In this document: one piece after another, positions 55,367-64,000 of the stretch
Position numbering within the stretch: position 1 is the first letter of the stretch
How the letters are laid out: every line of letters begins with the position of its first letter
Assembly: GCA_021786355.1 (NCBI GenBank)
Contig: JAJYNK010000009.1
Span: forward strand, 517-64,516
DNA from: a bacterium
Lineage (GTDB): Bacteria > Patescibacteriota > Minisyncoccia > UBA6257 > UBA9933
DNA length: 64,000 bases
Direction: 5' to 3'
The notes under the pieces: model-generated
Database searches by the model: none
The model's input: only the letters and a program-made list of their open reading frames with translations
What the model was told of the DNA's origin: nothing
Made by a program: the position numbers and the translations under genes

Positions 55367-55816
55367 TTATCGATCGGATAGGTAAAATATTTGTGGTTGG
55401 CCGTCGAGGTGGATGTAAAAATTGAAAGTCCGTATCGTGTCCCAACTTCCGTAATATTGCGTCAAACGCTCAACACGCACTCGAACGGTGTGTTTCGCAA
55501 TGTCTTCGCGCCCTGAGTTTATGGGAAACGCAAAGCACTTCGATTTACCCGGAGGTAGATAAAATTTATATCGGTCATCAATCGTAATGTGAAGTTTGCG
55601 ATCTGTTGCGCTTGTAAAAGTTACAAGAGAAGGATCGCCGGCCACGGAATAGAAAGGATCGTCGGCTTTGATTGTCTGAAGAGGCGGATGAGTCGGTTCT
55701 ATTTGCGACGGATATTTTTTTATGACAAGCTGGGGGATTTCGGTTGCCGCGCATTCCGCGACTACTACGAGTAAAATGAAACAGAAAAACAGAGCGCAGG
55801 TTTTTGGAAGTTTCAT
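55367..55816 (-). CDS. Secreted hypothetical protein (signal peptide) in a higher-GC block
   Basis: MKLPKTCALFFCFILLVVVAECAA signal peptide. Confidence 0.45.
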   Translation of the reverse strand: MKLPKTCALFFCFILLVVVAECAATEIPQLVIKKYPSQIEPTHPPLQTIKADDPFYSVAGDPSLVTFTSATDRKLHITIDDRYKFYLPPGKSKCFAFPINSGREDIAKHTVRVRVERLTQYYGSWDTIRTFNFYIHLDGQPQIFYLSDR

Positions 55817-56376
55817 CGGAATAAGCTCCTTACGAAGTTCACGGCATCAGTTGCTATTCCGGTTGTTTGAATGTCTACAGTAGGCGATTGATAGTCGTAT
55901 TGCGGGATGTCGCCGGTGTAAATACTTACGCCCCAACCCCAATCTTTCCGCGTGTATTGGCGGTCGGAAAAGGCGCGCGGATCATTTCCAACCCAAACTC
56001 CGGCAGTGTATCGGTAAAGAGAAATGAGTTTGCGACTGGCCGGAAATATATAGTTCTGGTAGTAAAACGTTTCTATTTCCAATTTCCAACTGCCCTTGGG
56101 AAGAGCCGTAATATATACCCTTGTCGGAGCTCTGCCGTTGAAGGTGAGTGCCGGACTTTCGCCGCGGTCGCTCCATTCCATAAAGAGTTCGTTTGTGGTG
56201 GCGTTGATGAATTTGATTGTGCACGATGCCGCGCCTTCCAAAATCACCACGCCTTTTGCGGGGTCGGTGTTGAACTTGGGCCACATTTCGGCCTGGTTTA
56301 TCGGACGCGTGCCGGCGCACCCCAAAACAACTACCAGAAATCCTAAAATAAGCGCTTTTTTCGTCCTGGTTTTCAT
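55813..56376 (-). CDS. Putative lipoprotein (signal peptide with lipobox LGCAG) in a higher-GC block
   Basis: MKTRTKKALILGFLVVVLGCAGT. G-rich RBS AGAGGGGGGTG upstream. 4-nt overlap with the next gene. Confidence 0.45.
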   Translation of the reverse strand: MKTRTKKALILGFLVVVLGCAGTRPINQAEMWPKFNTDPAKGVVILEGAASCTIKFINATTNELFMEWSDRGESPALTFNGRAPTRVYITALPKGSWKLEIETFYYQNYIFPASRKLISLYRYTAGVWVGNDPRAFSDRQYTRKDWGWGVSIYTGDIPQYDYQSPTVDIQTTGIATDAVNFVRSLFR

Positions 56377-56572
56377 TTCGCACCCCCCTCTTTTGTCTTC
56401 TTTGTGATTTTCCAGCGTTTTTCAAATCATTTTCAGGCTATGTAAAGTTGGGAAAGACCAAAATTATTACCATACAATATCAAAAACACAATAATTTGTC
56501 AATTATAGGTGTTTTGATTTAAGAAAGAAAAGGAAAGGGAAAATTAAAAAATTTTTTGAGATTTAGTCAATT

Positions 56573-56601
56573 TTGATTTTAATTTTTTTAACACCTATAA
56601 T
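56573..56601 (+). promoter_or_regulatory. Sigma70-type promoter TTGATT-N17-TATAAT upstream of dnaE
   Basis: -35 at 56573-56578, -10 at 56596-56601, exact 17-nt spacer. Hairpin H5 starts about 12 nt downstream. Confidence 0.55.
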
Positions 56602-56612
56602 GAGAGCGATAT

Positions 56613-56756
56613 GCCCCGTTAGTGAAGCTTCGGCCGATTAAATTTTTATTGATAAATAGTTAACCAAAAATAACCAAACTTTAAAAAAATGAAAGAGTCG
56701 TTGATAATAAAATTTAATTTGCCTTCGGCAAAAAAGCCGAAGCTCTACTACGGGGT
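56613..56756. repeat. Hairpin repeat, family H copy 5 (GCCCCGTTAGTGAAGCTTCGGCC ... GGCCGAAGCTCTACTACGGGGT), forming the whole dnaE 5' leader. Its 3' end abuts the dnaE ATG.
   Basis: Seen in the sequence. Inner hairpin TGCC-TTCG-GCA. About 100 nt of AT-rich spacer. Confidence 0.8.
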
Positions 56757-59700
56757 ATGAAGTTTGTCCATCTACATACTCATTCTCATTTTTCTCTTCT
56801 TGATGGACTTATTAAAATAGATGAACTTGTTTCCCGCGCCAAAGAATTAGGCATGGAGGCCCTGGCTTTGACGGATCACGGCAATCTTTACGGAGCCGTT
56901 GAGTTTTATAAAAAAGCGACTAAGGCCGGGATCAAACCGATTTTAGGAATGGAGGCGTATGTCGCGCCGACAAGCCGCTTTGAAAAAAATGGAAAAGAAA
57001 ATAAATACCGCCACCTTACTTTATTGGCCGAAAATCAAACCGGATGGCAGAATTTAATAAAAATTTCCACCAAAGCGCATCTTGAAGGATTTTATTACAA
57101 ACCGCGCGCGGACAAAGAACTTTTAAAAGAGCACAGCGAAGGCCTTATCGCGATGTCGGGATGCTTGGGCGGAGAGATCCCCCAATTAATTTTGGAAAAT
57201 AAATTTATCGACGCGGAAAAAGTTGCGCGCGAATACCAAATTATTTTCGGAGAAAATAATTTTTTCCTGGAAGTTTGGCACCACCCGAATATCGAAGGAA
57301 TGGAAAAAGTTAAAAATGGAATAATCGAGCTGGGAAGAAAATTAAATATTCCTCTTGTCGCCACTCAAGACATTCATTACTTAAATCCCGACGACGGAAA
57401 ATATCACGATATTCTTTTGGCGGTGCAGACCGGAAACAAAGTCGAAGACGATGACCGCTTGAGTTTGCGAGCCGATGATTTTTCAATGCGGCCTCCGGAA
57501 ATTATGGCGGAACTTTTTAAAGATTTGCCGGAAGCGCTGGAAAACACGAATAAAATTTCCGATCGCTGCGACGTCAAATTAAGCATAGGAAAAATCCATC
57601 TTCCAAAATTTTCTTTGCCCGAAGGAGAAACTTGCAGCAATAAATTTTTAAGAAAATTAATCGGCGAACAGATTTCGCGAAGATTTCCGGAAATAAACGA
57701 AGAGATAAAAAACCGTTTCGAATATGAACTCGACGTTATTGAAAAAATGGGGTTTGCCGACTACTTTTTAATCGTTTCCGATTTTGTGAATTGGGCCAAA
57801 GCCCATGGGATTATGGTCGGGCCAGGAAGGGGTTCGGCTGCCGGAAGCATTATTTCTTATATTTTGGGAATTACGGATGTCGATCCTTTAAAATACGATT
57901 TACTTTTTGAAAGATTTTTAAATCCCGACCGCATACAGCTCCCGGATATCGATTTGGATTTTGCCGATACCCGCAGAGACGAAGTTCTGGATTATGTAAG
58001 AAATAAATACGGAGAAGACAGGGTTGCGCAAATAATCACTTTCGGGACAATGGCTGCCAGAGCCTCCATTCGCGACGCCGGAAGGGCTTTAGGCATGCCT
58101 TACAGCTTTTGCGACCAGATAGCCAAGCTGATTCCTTTCAATATGGATTTAACACAGTCTCTGGAGGCTGTTTCGGAGCTAAGACAATTATACGAAACCA
58201 GTCCGGACGCCAAAAACATAATAGACGCGGCAAAAAAATTGGAAGGAGTGGCTCGGCACGCTTCGGTCCACGCTTGCGGGGTGGTGATTTCAAATGAAGA
58301 ATTGACTTGCCATTTGCCGCTTCAGCGCTCTCCCCAGCAAGAGAATATAACTATCACACAATTTGAAATGCACAATGTCGAAGACCTCGGGCTTCTTAAA
58401 ATGGACTTCCTGGGCCTTAAAAACCTAACCATTATCGAAAACACAATGCGATTGGTTGCCGAAAGCGGAGGCGGTAAAATTAATTTGTCGGAGATTCCTT
58501 TTGACGACAAAGAAACTTTTTTGATTTTGCAAAAAGGAGATACGACCGGAGTTTTTCAATTGGAATCTTCCGGAATGAGAAGATATTTAAAAGAATTAAA
58601 GCCTACGGAATTTGAAGATATTGTCGTGATGGTCGCTCTTTACCGGCCGGGACCAATGGATCTTATTCCATCTTATATAGCCAGAAAATACGGCAAAGAA
58701 GAGGTTGTCTATTTGCATCCTCAACTCGAGCCGATTCTTAAAGGAACCCACGGAATAGGAATTTATCAAGAACAAATGATGAGAATCGCGCGCGACTTAG
58801 CCGGATTTACGCTTTCGGAAGCGGACACTTTAAGAAAAGCGATCGGGAAGAAAATCAAAGAGTTGCTAGATCAGCAGAGAGGAAAATTAATAGAGGGAAT
58901 GAAGGCTAGAGGGATTGAAGAAAAAACCGCGTTAAAAATTTGGGAATTATTCCCGCCTTTTGCCAGATACGGATTTAACAGAAGCCACGCGGTTTGTTAC
59001 GCGCTGATTGCGTATCAAACGGCTTATTTGAAAGCGCGATATCCTTTGGAATTTGCAACGGCGCTTTTCAACGCCGACAGCGGCGACGTGGAAAGGGCCG
59101 CCTTTCTAATAACCGAGGTGAAAAAAATGGGCATAGCGGTTTTACCGCCGGATATCAATTCTAGTTTTATGAATTTTACGCCCGAGGGAAAAAACATCCG
59201 TTTTGGATTATTGGCGATTAAAAATGTGGGATCAAACGTCGTTGAGGCGATTATCGAAGAAAGACAAAGAGGAGGGCCGTTTTTAGACCTAATCGATTTT
59301 TTAAAAAGAGTTACGCATAAAGATTTAAACCGAAAATCTTTGGAGAGTTCGATAAAAGCCGGAGTGTTCGATTCGTTTAAAATAAGCCGGGGAAAGCTTT
59401 TGGCCAACTTGGATGAAATTTTAAGATTCAGCCAGCAAAATAAAAAAAGCGCGGATACGACACAGAACAATCTTTTTGGCGACGCGTATTTCGGAGGAGG
59501 CTTGGACCTTAAAGCCGATATGCCGATTTCCAGCAAAGACAGATTGCTTTGGGAGAAAGAACTTTTAGGTTTATTTGTGTCAGGACATCCAATGAATGAA
59601 TACGCGGCGAAACTTGAAGAAAAAAACGTAAGATTTATAAGAGAACTTATTGCCAGTAGCCGAGGTAAAAATAATTTCCATAAAAGGCATAGAATCGCGG

Positions 59701-59927
59701 GGGTAATAACGAAAATACAAAAAATTTTAACAAAAGCCGGGCAACCTATGGTTTTTGCCAAAGTCGAGGATTTTGATTCGGAAATAGAAATTTTGGTTTT
59801 CAACAGCGCGCTTACAAAAACAACCGATATTTGGAAAGAAAACAATATTATAATCGGCGAGGGCCGGGTTTCCTGGAAAGACGACCAGCCGAAATTTATC
59901 TGCGAAGACGCGGCGATTCTCGCGTAA
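56757..59927 (+). CDS. dnaE: DNA polymerase III alpha subunit
   Basis: PHP domain HLHTHSHFSLLDG, polymerase core, HhH and OB. 1056 aa. Confidence 0.95.
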   Translation: MKFVHLHTHSHFSLLDGLIKIDELVSRAKELGMEALALTDHGNLYGAVEFYKKATKAGIKPILGMEAYVAPTSRFEKNGKENKYRHLTLLAENQTGWQNLIKISTKAHLEGFYYKPRADKELLKEHSEGLIAMSGCLGGEIPQLILENKFIDAEKVAREYQIIFGENNFFLEVWHHPNIEGMEKVKNGIIELGRKLNIPLVATQDIHYLNPDDGKYHDILLAVQTGNKVEDDDRLSLRADDFSMRPPEIMAELFKDLPEALENTNKISDRCDVKLSIGKIHLPKFSLPEGETCSNKFLRKLIGEQISRRFPEINEEIKNRFEYELDVIEKMGFADYFLIVSDFVNWAKAHGIMVGPGRGSAAGSIISYILGITDVDPLKYDLLFERFLNPDRIQLPDIDLDFADTRRDEVLDYVRNKYGEDRVAQIITFGTMAARASIRDAGRALGMPYSFCDQIAKLIPFNMDLTQSLEAVSELRQLYETSPDAKNIIDAAKKLEGVARHASVHACGVVISNEELTCHLPLQRSPQQENITITQFEMHNVEDLGLLKMDFLGLKNLTIIENTMRLVAESGGGKINLSEIPFDDKETFLILQKGDTTGVFQLESSGMRRYLKELKPTEFEDIVVMVALYRPGPMDLIPSYIARKYGKEEVVYLHPQLEPILKGTHGIGIYQEQMMRIARDLAGFTLSEADTLRKAIGKKIKELLDQQRGKLIEGMKARGIEEKTALKIWELFPPFARYGFNRSHAVCYALIAYQTAYLKARYPLEFATALFNADSGDVERAAFLITEVKKMGIAVLPPDINSSFMNFTPEGKNIRFGLLAIKNVGSNVVEAIIEERQRGGPFLDLIDFLKRVTHKDLNRKSLESSIKAGVFDSFKISRGKLLANLDEILRFSQQNKKSADTTQNNLFGDAYFGGGLDLKADMPISSKDRLLWEKELLGLFVSGHPMNEYAAKLEEKNVRFIRELIASSRGKNNFHKRHRIAGVITKIQKILTKAGQPMVFAKVEDFDSEIEILVFNSALTKTTDIWKENNIIIGEGRVSWKDDQPKFICEDAAILA

Positions 59928-60005
59928 CATTAATTAGTAATTTTAGCGGGGAATACAAAGCTAATTTATTGAAATTATCGCTTTTCTGGTATAAAGTGGT
60001 CTTTA

Positions 60006-61859
60006 ATGGCTCAAAATGAAGATAAAGATCTTGATAAAAAAAGGCACTCTTTGGCCCATATTTTAGCAATGGCGGTTTTGGACTTATGCGCGGATAAACG
60101 CGGACTAAACGCGGAACAACGCGGAAAAGGATCTGTTCAATTAGGAATCGGACCGACAATAGAAAACGGATTTTATTATGACTTTGACTTTTCGCAGACG
60201 AAAGCGGATCAACGCGGATCTAAACGCGGATTTACGCAGATAACAGCGGAGGATTTGCCGAAAATCGAAGAACGCATAAAAGAATTAGTCTCGCACGATT
60301 TGAAGTTTAAAAAAGAAGTTATAACATTTGAACAAGCGAAGAAACTTTTTAAAAACCAAAAATATAAACTTGAGCTTATCAAGGAGTTAAAAGATCAGAA
60401 AAAGGCGATTAATATTTACGGCACTTTCGGAAAAGACCCAAAAGAAACTTTTGTTGATTTATGCGCCGGGCCGCACGTCAAATCAACAAAGGAAATAAAC
60501 AAAGGCGCTTTTAGACTGACAAAGCTTGCGGGCGCGTATTGGCGGGGCAGCGAAAAAAATCCGATGTTAACCCGAGTTTACGGCGTGGCTTTTAACACTC
60601 CAGACGAACTTAAGGATTATTTAAAACTTTTAGAAGAAGCGGAAAAGCGCGATCACAGAGTTTTGGGCGAGAAAATGGATTTGTTTACGGTCGATGAGAA
60701 TATCGGAAAGGGTTTGCCGTTGTGGCTACCGAAAGGCTATCTAATACGCCGATTAATTGAAGATTATATTTATAAGGCGGAACAGGAAAACGGGTATCTC
60801 CATGTTTTAACTCCGGAATTAGCCAAAGAAGTTCTTTATAAAACTTCGGGACATTTGGCGCATTATAAAGAAGATATGTACTCGCCCATAGAGATTGAAA
60901 ACGAGAAATATTATTTAAGGCCGATGAATTGTCCGCATCACCACTCCATATATAAGCACAAATTAAGAAGCTATAAGGATTTGCCTTTAAGAATAGCGGA
61001 GTTCGGCACGGTTTACAGGCACGAAAGATCGGGGGTGTTAAGCGGACTTATAAGAGTGCGGGGATTTACGCAAAACGACGCGCATATTTACATAACTTCC
61101 GAAAAACTGGAAGCGGAGATTATAAAAATATTGGAAATCCACAAGAAAGTTTTTGATGATTTTAAAATCAGCGATTATTGGTTTAGATTATCGCTTCCGG
61201 ATTTCAAAAATAAAGAAAAATACGGCGACATAAAAAATCGGAAAATGTGGGAACAAGGAGCGGAGGTTTTAAAAAAAGTTTTGAACAAACAAAAAATAAA
61301 ATTTGTTGAGGGCGTCGGCGAAGCGACTTTTTACGGACCGAAAATCGACGTTCAAATAAAAAATATTTACGGCAAAGAAGACACAATTGCAACAATTCAG
61401 GTGGATTATTATTCCGCCGGAAGATTCAATTTAAACTATATAGATAAAGACGGCAAAGAAAAACCGGTTGTGATAATTCACCGGGCGATACTGGGATCTT
61501 TTGAAAGATTTTTCGCTTTCCTTTTGGAAAAAACCGGAGGAGATTTGCCTTTATGGCTGGCCCCGGCGCAGGTAAGGATTATAAATATCGGCGAGGGCCA
61601 CAGAAAATACGCCGAAGATATTTTAACCGAACTTATAAAAAATAAAATCAGGGCAGAGTTAAGCGATGAAGACTCGACGGTTTCAAAAAAAATTCGTGAA
61701 GCTGAACTTCAAAAAATACCTTATATATTGGTAGTCGGTGACAAGGAAATTCAAAATAAGACCGTTAACGTACGACACTATAAACGCGGCCAGGAAGGAG
61801 AAATGAGCTTAGACGCAGTTATTAAAAAAATCGAAAACGAAGTCGAAAGTAAAATATAA
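60006..61859 (+). CDS. thrS: Threonine--tRNA ligase (no N-terminal TGS domain)
   Basis: Second additional domain HSLAHIL..., class II catalytic motifs (RPMNCPHH, FRLSLPDF) and an anticodon-binding domain. Confidence 0.9.
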   Translation: MAQNEDKDLDKKRHSLAHILAMAVLDLCADKRGLNAEQRGKGSVQLGIGPTIENGFYYDFDFSQTKADQRGSKRGFTQITAEDLPKIEERIKELVSHDLKFKKEVITFEQAKKLFKNQKYKLELIKELKDQKKAINIYGTFGKDPKETFVDLCAGPHVKSTKEINKGAFRLTKLAGAYWRGSEKNPMLTRVYGVAFNTPDELKDYLKLLEEAEKRDHRVLGEKMDLFTVDENIGKGLPLWLPKGYLIRRLIEDYIYKAEQENGYLHVLTPELAKEVLYKTSGHLAHYKEDMYSPIEIENEKYYLRPMNCPHHHSIYKHKLRSYKDLPLRIAEFGTVYRHERSGVLSGLIRVRGFTQNDAHIYITSEKLEAEIIKILEIHKKVFDDFKISDYWFRLSLPDFKNKEKYGDIKNRKMWEQGAEVLKKVLNKQKIKFVEGVGEATFYGPKIDVQIKNIYGKEDTIATIQVDYYSAGRFNLNYIDKDGKEKPVVIIHRAILGSFERFFAFLLEKTGGDLPLWLAPAQVRIINIGEGHRKYAEDILTELIKNKIRAELSDEDSTVSKKIREAELQKIPYILVVGDKEIQNKTVNVRHYKRGQEGEMSLDAVIKKIENEVESKI

Positions 61860-61909
61860 AGCAGATTTTTGTTGACTTTTGAGGGCTATTTATATATTCT
61901 TTTAAAACT

Positions 61910-62107
61910 ATGGGTGGCGTGCCAATGAAGCATCATACAAAGTCAAAAGTAGGGAGACGGAGATCGCATCTCGCGTTAAAGCCCTCCTCTATTTTTGTTT
62001 GTTCAAATTGCAAACATCCGACGTTGCCCCATAGGATTTGTTCCAATTGCGGCTTTTACAAAGGGAAGCTTATGAAGGAGCAGAAAGTGAAGGTAAGAAA
62101 AAGCTAG
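61910..62107 (+). CDS. rpmF: 50S ribosomal protein L32
   Basis: HHTKSKVGRRRSHLALKP...CSNCKHPTLPHRICSNCGFYKGK is the L32 zinc-ribbon pattern. Confidence 0.75.
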   Translation: MGGVPMKHHTKSKVGRRRSHLALKPSSIFVCSNCKHPTLPHRICSNCGFYKGKLMKEQKVKVRKS

Positions 62108-62109
62108 CA

Positions 62110-62146
62110 GGTTAATTGGGGAACTGGTTGATTAGTTAATTGGTTT
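62110..62146. repeat. Octamer-repeat motif M copy (GGTTAATTGGGGAACTGGTTGATTAGTTAATTGGTTT) between rpmF and nusB
   Basis: Contains the shared core TTGATTAGTTAATTGGTT. Confidence 0.7.
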
Positions 62147-62175
62147 AAGAACATTTAAAAAAATATATTTGAAGC

Positions 62176-62628
62176 ATGGCTACTCGTCATTTGATACGCT
62201 CAATAGTTCTTCAATCGCTTTACGAATGGGACTTTTCCGGAAGAAAGGCCGATTTAATAAAGATCGTCGAGCATAATTTAAATGAGTTCGGATCCGGAGT
62301 GGATGAGCCGGAATTCGCCTGGCGGATAGTAAAGGGAGTAATTTCCAACATCGCTAAAATCGACGAGATAATCGGCAAGGTGGCGCCGCAATGGCCCATA
62401 AACCAGGTTTTTATAATCGATAGAAATATTTTAAGAATCGGCCTTTACGAACTTTTGTATGCAGATCACAGTGAAGTGCCGGAGAAGGTGGCGATAAACG
62501 AAGCGATCGAGCTGGCGAAAAATTTCGGCGGGCCGAATTCCGGAAAATTCGTTAACGGAGTTTTGGGAACAGTATACAGCCAAATGCAGGAATTAGGCGG
62601 CGACAAAGAAAAAAAAGAAAACAATTAG
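62176..62628 (+). CDS. nusB: Transcription antitermination factor NusB
   Basis: [14 protein letters not shown]...[14 protein letters not shown]. Confidence 0.85.
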   Translation: MATRHLIRSIVLQSLYEWDFSGRKADLIKIVEHNLNEFGSGVDEPEFAWRIVKGVISNIAKIDEIIGKVAPQWPINQVFIIDRNILRIGLYELLYADHSEVPEKVAINEAIELAKNFGGPNSGKFVNGVLGTVYSQMQELGGDKEKKENN

Positions 62629-62692
62629 GGTTTAGAATTTAGAGTTTATAAATAAAAATTTAAGCTTTGAATTCTAAGTCTTACAATTTAAC

Positions 62693-63379
62693 GTGGATCT
62701 TTCTTCGTTTGAAAAAAAAATAAATTATAACTTTAAAGATCAAAACCTTTTAAAAGAGGCTTTGACTCACCGTTCTTACATAAACGAAAATCCCGACTGG
62801 GGCGTTTCTCATAATGAGCGGTTGGAATTTTTAGGAGACGCGGTTTTGGAATTAACAGTGACCGAAATTTTATTTTTGAAATATCTCGAAATGCCCGAAG
62901 GAGAACTTACAAGTATTCGGGCGGCTTTGGTTAATTATCAAATGCTTGCCGAGATTGCTAAGATAATTGGTTTGGAGGAGGTTATTTTGCTTTCCAAAGG
63001 CGAAACCAAAGATACCGGACGAGCAAGGGAGGTTATTTTAGCGAATGCTTTAGAGGCGCTTTTAGGGGCTTTGTATTTGGATTCCGGATACGAAACGGCT
63101 AAAAAATTTGTCAGCGAAACTGTCTTGTCTCAGCTTTCCAAAGTGATGAAAGAAAAGCTTTATAAAGATCCAAAAAGTTATTTGCAGGAAATAACTCAGG
63201 AAAAAATGAAGCTTACCCCAACGTACGAGGTTTTATCCGAGGAAGGGCCTGACCACGCGAAAGTTTTTGAATCTGGAGTTTATTTCGGCAAGAAATTAAT
63301 CGCCGTAGGCAAAGGTTTTTCCAAGCAAGAAGCGGAGGTGGAAGCGGCCAAGAACGCGCTCGAAGAAATTAGCCACTAG
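62693..63379 (+). CDS. rnc: Ribonuclease III (GTG start)
   Basis: ERLEFLGDAVLELTVTEIL signature and a C-terminal dsRBD. Confidence 0.9.
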   Translation: MDLSSFEKKINYNFKDQNLLKEALTHRSYINENPDWGVSHNERLEFLGDAVLELTVTEILFLKYLEMPEGELTSIRAALVNYQMLAEIAKIIGLEEVILLSKGETKDTGRAREVILANALEALLGALYLDSGYETAKKFVSETVLSQLSKVMKEKLYKDPKSYLQEITQEKMKLTPTYEVLSEEGPDHAKVFESGVYFGKKLIAVGKGFSKQEAEVEAAKNALEEISH

Positions 63380-63399
63380 CCACTAATAATTATTTAGAT

Positions 63400-64000
63400 A
63401 TGCATTTAAAATCTTTAGAACTAAACGGATTCAAGTCTTTTGCCCAAAAAACAGTATTAGAATTTCCAAAAGGCATTACGGCTATTGTCGGGCCGAATGG
63501 TTCCGGCAAGTCAAATGTTATTGACGCTATACGATGGCTTTTGGGAGAAAGGGAAGCTAAAAATTTAAGAGGTGGCAAAACGGAAGATCTTATTTTCGCC
63601 GGCACTAATCAAAAACCGAGAATGGGGATGGCCAGCGTAGGCGTTTATTTTGACAATAATTCGGGTTTTTTTCCGGTAGAATTCGACGAAGTTGCAATAG
63701 TTCGCCAAATAGACCGAGACAGCAATTCTAAATACACGCTTAATAAATCGGAAGTTAGAGTAAAAGATATTATTGATTTTTTTGCGAGGGTTCGGTTAGG
63801 CACAAGAGGATTGACAATTATAAATCAGGGTTCGAGCGATCTGTTTGTGCGGGTTACGTCAGAAGAACGCCGAGCTATGATAGAAGAAATTTTAGGACTT
63901 AAAGAATACCAGCTTAAAAAATCAGAAGCTTCCAGAAAACTGAAAAATACCTCGCAGAATTTGGATAAAGTTAAAGCAATGGTTGACGAAGTTTTTCCGA
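63400..64000 (+). CDS. smc: Chromosome segregation protein SMC, N-terminal part (continues beyond the window)
   Basis: MHLKSLELNGFKSFAQKTVLEFPKGITAIVGPNGSGKSNVIDAIRWLLGE. Walker A plus a coiled-coil beginning. Confidence 0.8.
   Translation, partial: MHLKSLELNGFKSFAQKTVLEFPKGITAIVGPNGSGKSNVIDAIRWLLGEREAKNLRGGKTEDLIFAGTNQKPRMGMASVGVYFDNNSGFFPVEFDEVAIVRQIDRDSNSKYTLNKSEVRVKDIIDFFARVRLGTRGLTIINQGSSDLFVRVTSEERRAMIEEILGLKEYQLKKSEASRKLKNTSQNLDKVKAMVDEVFP

Overview
The window reads as a 64-kb stretch of an AT-rich, gene-dense bacterial chromosome that spans the replication origin. Markers of the origin are rpmH<-rnpA<- | ->dnaA->dnaN, with a perfect TTATCCACA DnaA box in the dnaA-dnaN spacer. The gene content suggests a reduced Candidate-Phyla-Radiation/Patescibacteria-like organism, by inference only. 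Supporting this are a split transketolase and a split PEP-synthase-like set, VirB2/TrbC-like pilin genes, a ThrRS lacking the TGS domain, many small proteins and G-rich Shine-Dalgarno sites.

The core backbone carries replication, repair and translation genes: dnaA, dnaN, dnaE, ligA, gyrA, holB, recO, ruvA, ruvC, yebC, smc, pnp, rpsO, rpsT, rpsA-like, rpmF, rpmH, rnpA, frr, nusB, rnc, thrS and glyQS. There are five tRNAs: Ile-UAU, Val-UAC, Leu-UAG on the minus strand, Arg-CCG and Asp-GUC on the minus strand.

Four things stand out against this backbone.
- A tightly coupled plus-strand operon at 85-3154 encodes a degenerate histidine-phosphatase-fold protein, a frameshifted unknown protein, a stand-alone phospho-His swivel domain and a stand-alone PEP-synthase N-terminal ATP-grasp domain. 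This is a candidate uncharacterised phosphotransfer module.
- At least three related families of long imperfect hairpin repeats share CCCC...GGGG terminal clamps and show compensatory stem changes. Several sit inside the 5' leaders of dnaE and ligA, downstream of good sigma70 promoters.
- Several blocks of visibly higher GC encode secreted, membrane or unknown proteins and are bracketed by those hairpins. They sit next to tRNA genes and a Xer-like tyrosine recombinase with a duplicated tRNA 3' end. These are probable horizontally acquired islands.
- A three-gene VirB2/TrbC-like pilin cluster lies downstream of an orphan solute-binding protein. One pilin gene is preceded by 20-bp perfect inverted repeats flanking a 101-bp AT-rich segment, a candidate invertible or translational switch.

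Other notable items are two LAGLIDADG and one GIY-YIG homing-endonuclease genes (the GIY-YIG ORF bracketed by a 16-bp perfect inverted repeat), a TATAGTATACTATA palindrome present five times (once inside a CDS), a 55-62-nt repeated 5'-UTR element, an octamer-repeat motif immediately upstream of four start codons, and homopolymer tracts (A8, G8) at a frameshift and two start regions. No CRISPR array or rRNA gene was seen. GC statements are by-eye estimates, and all homology calls come from motif recognition without database searches.
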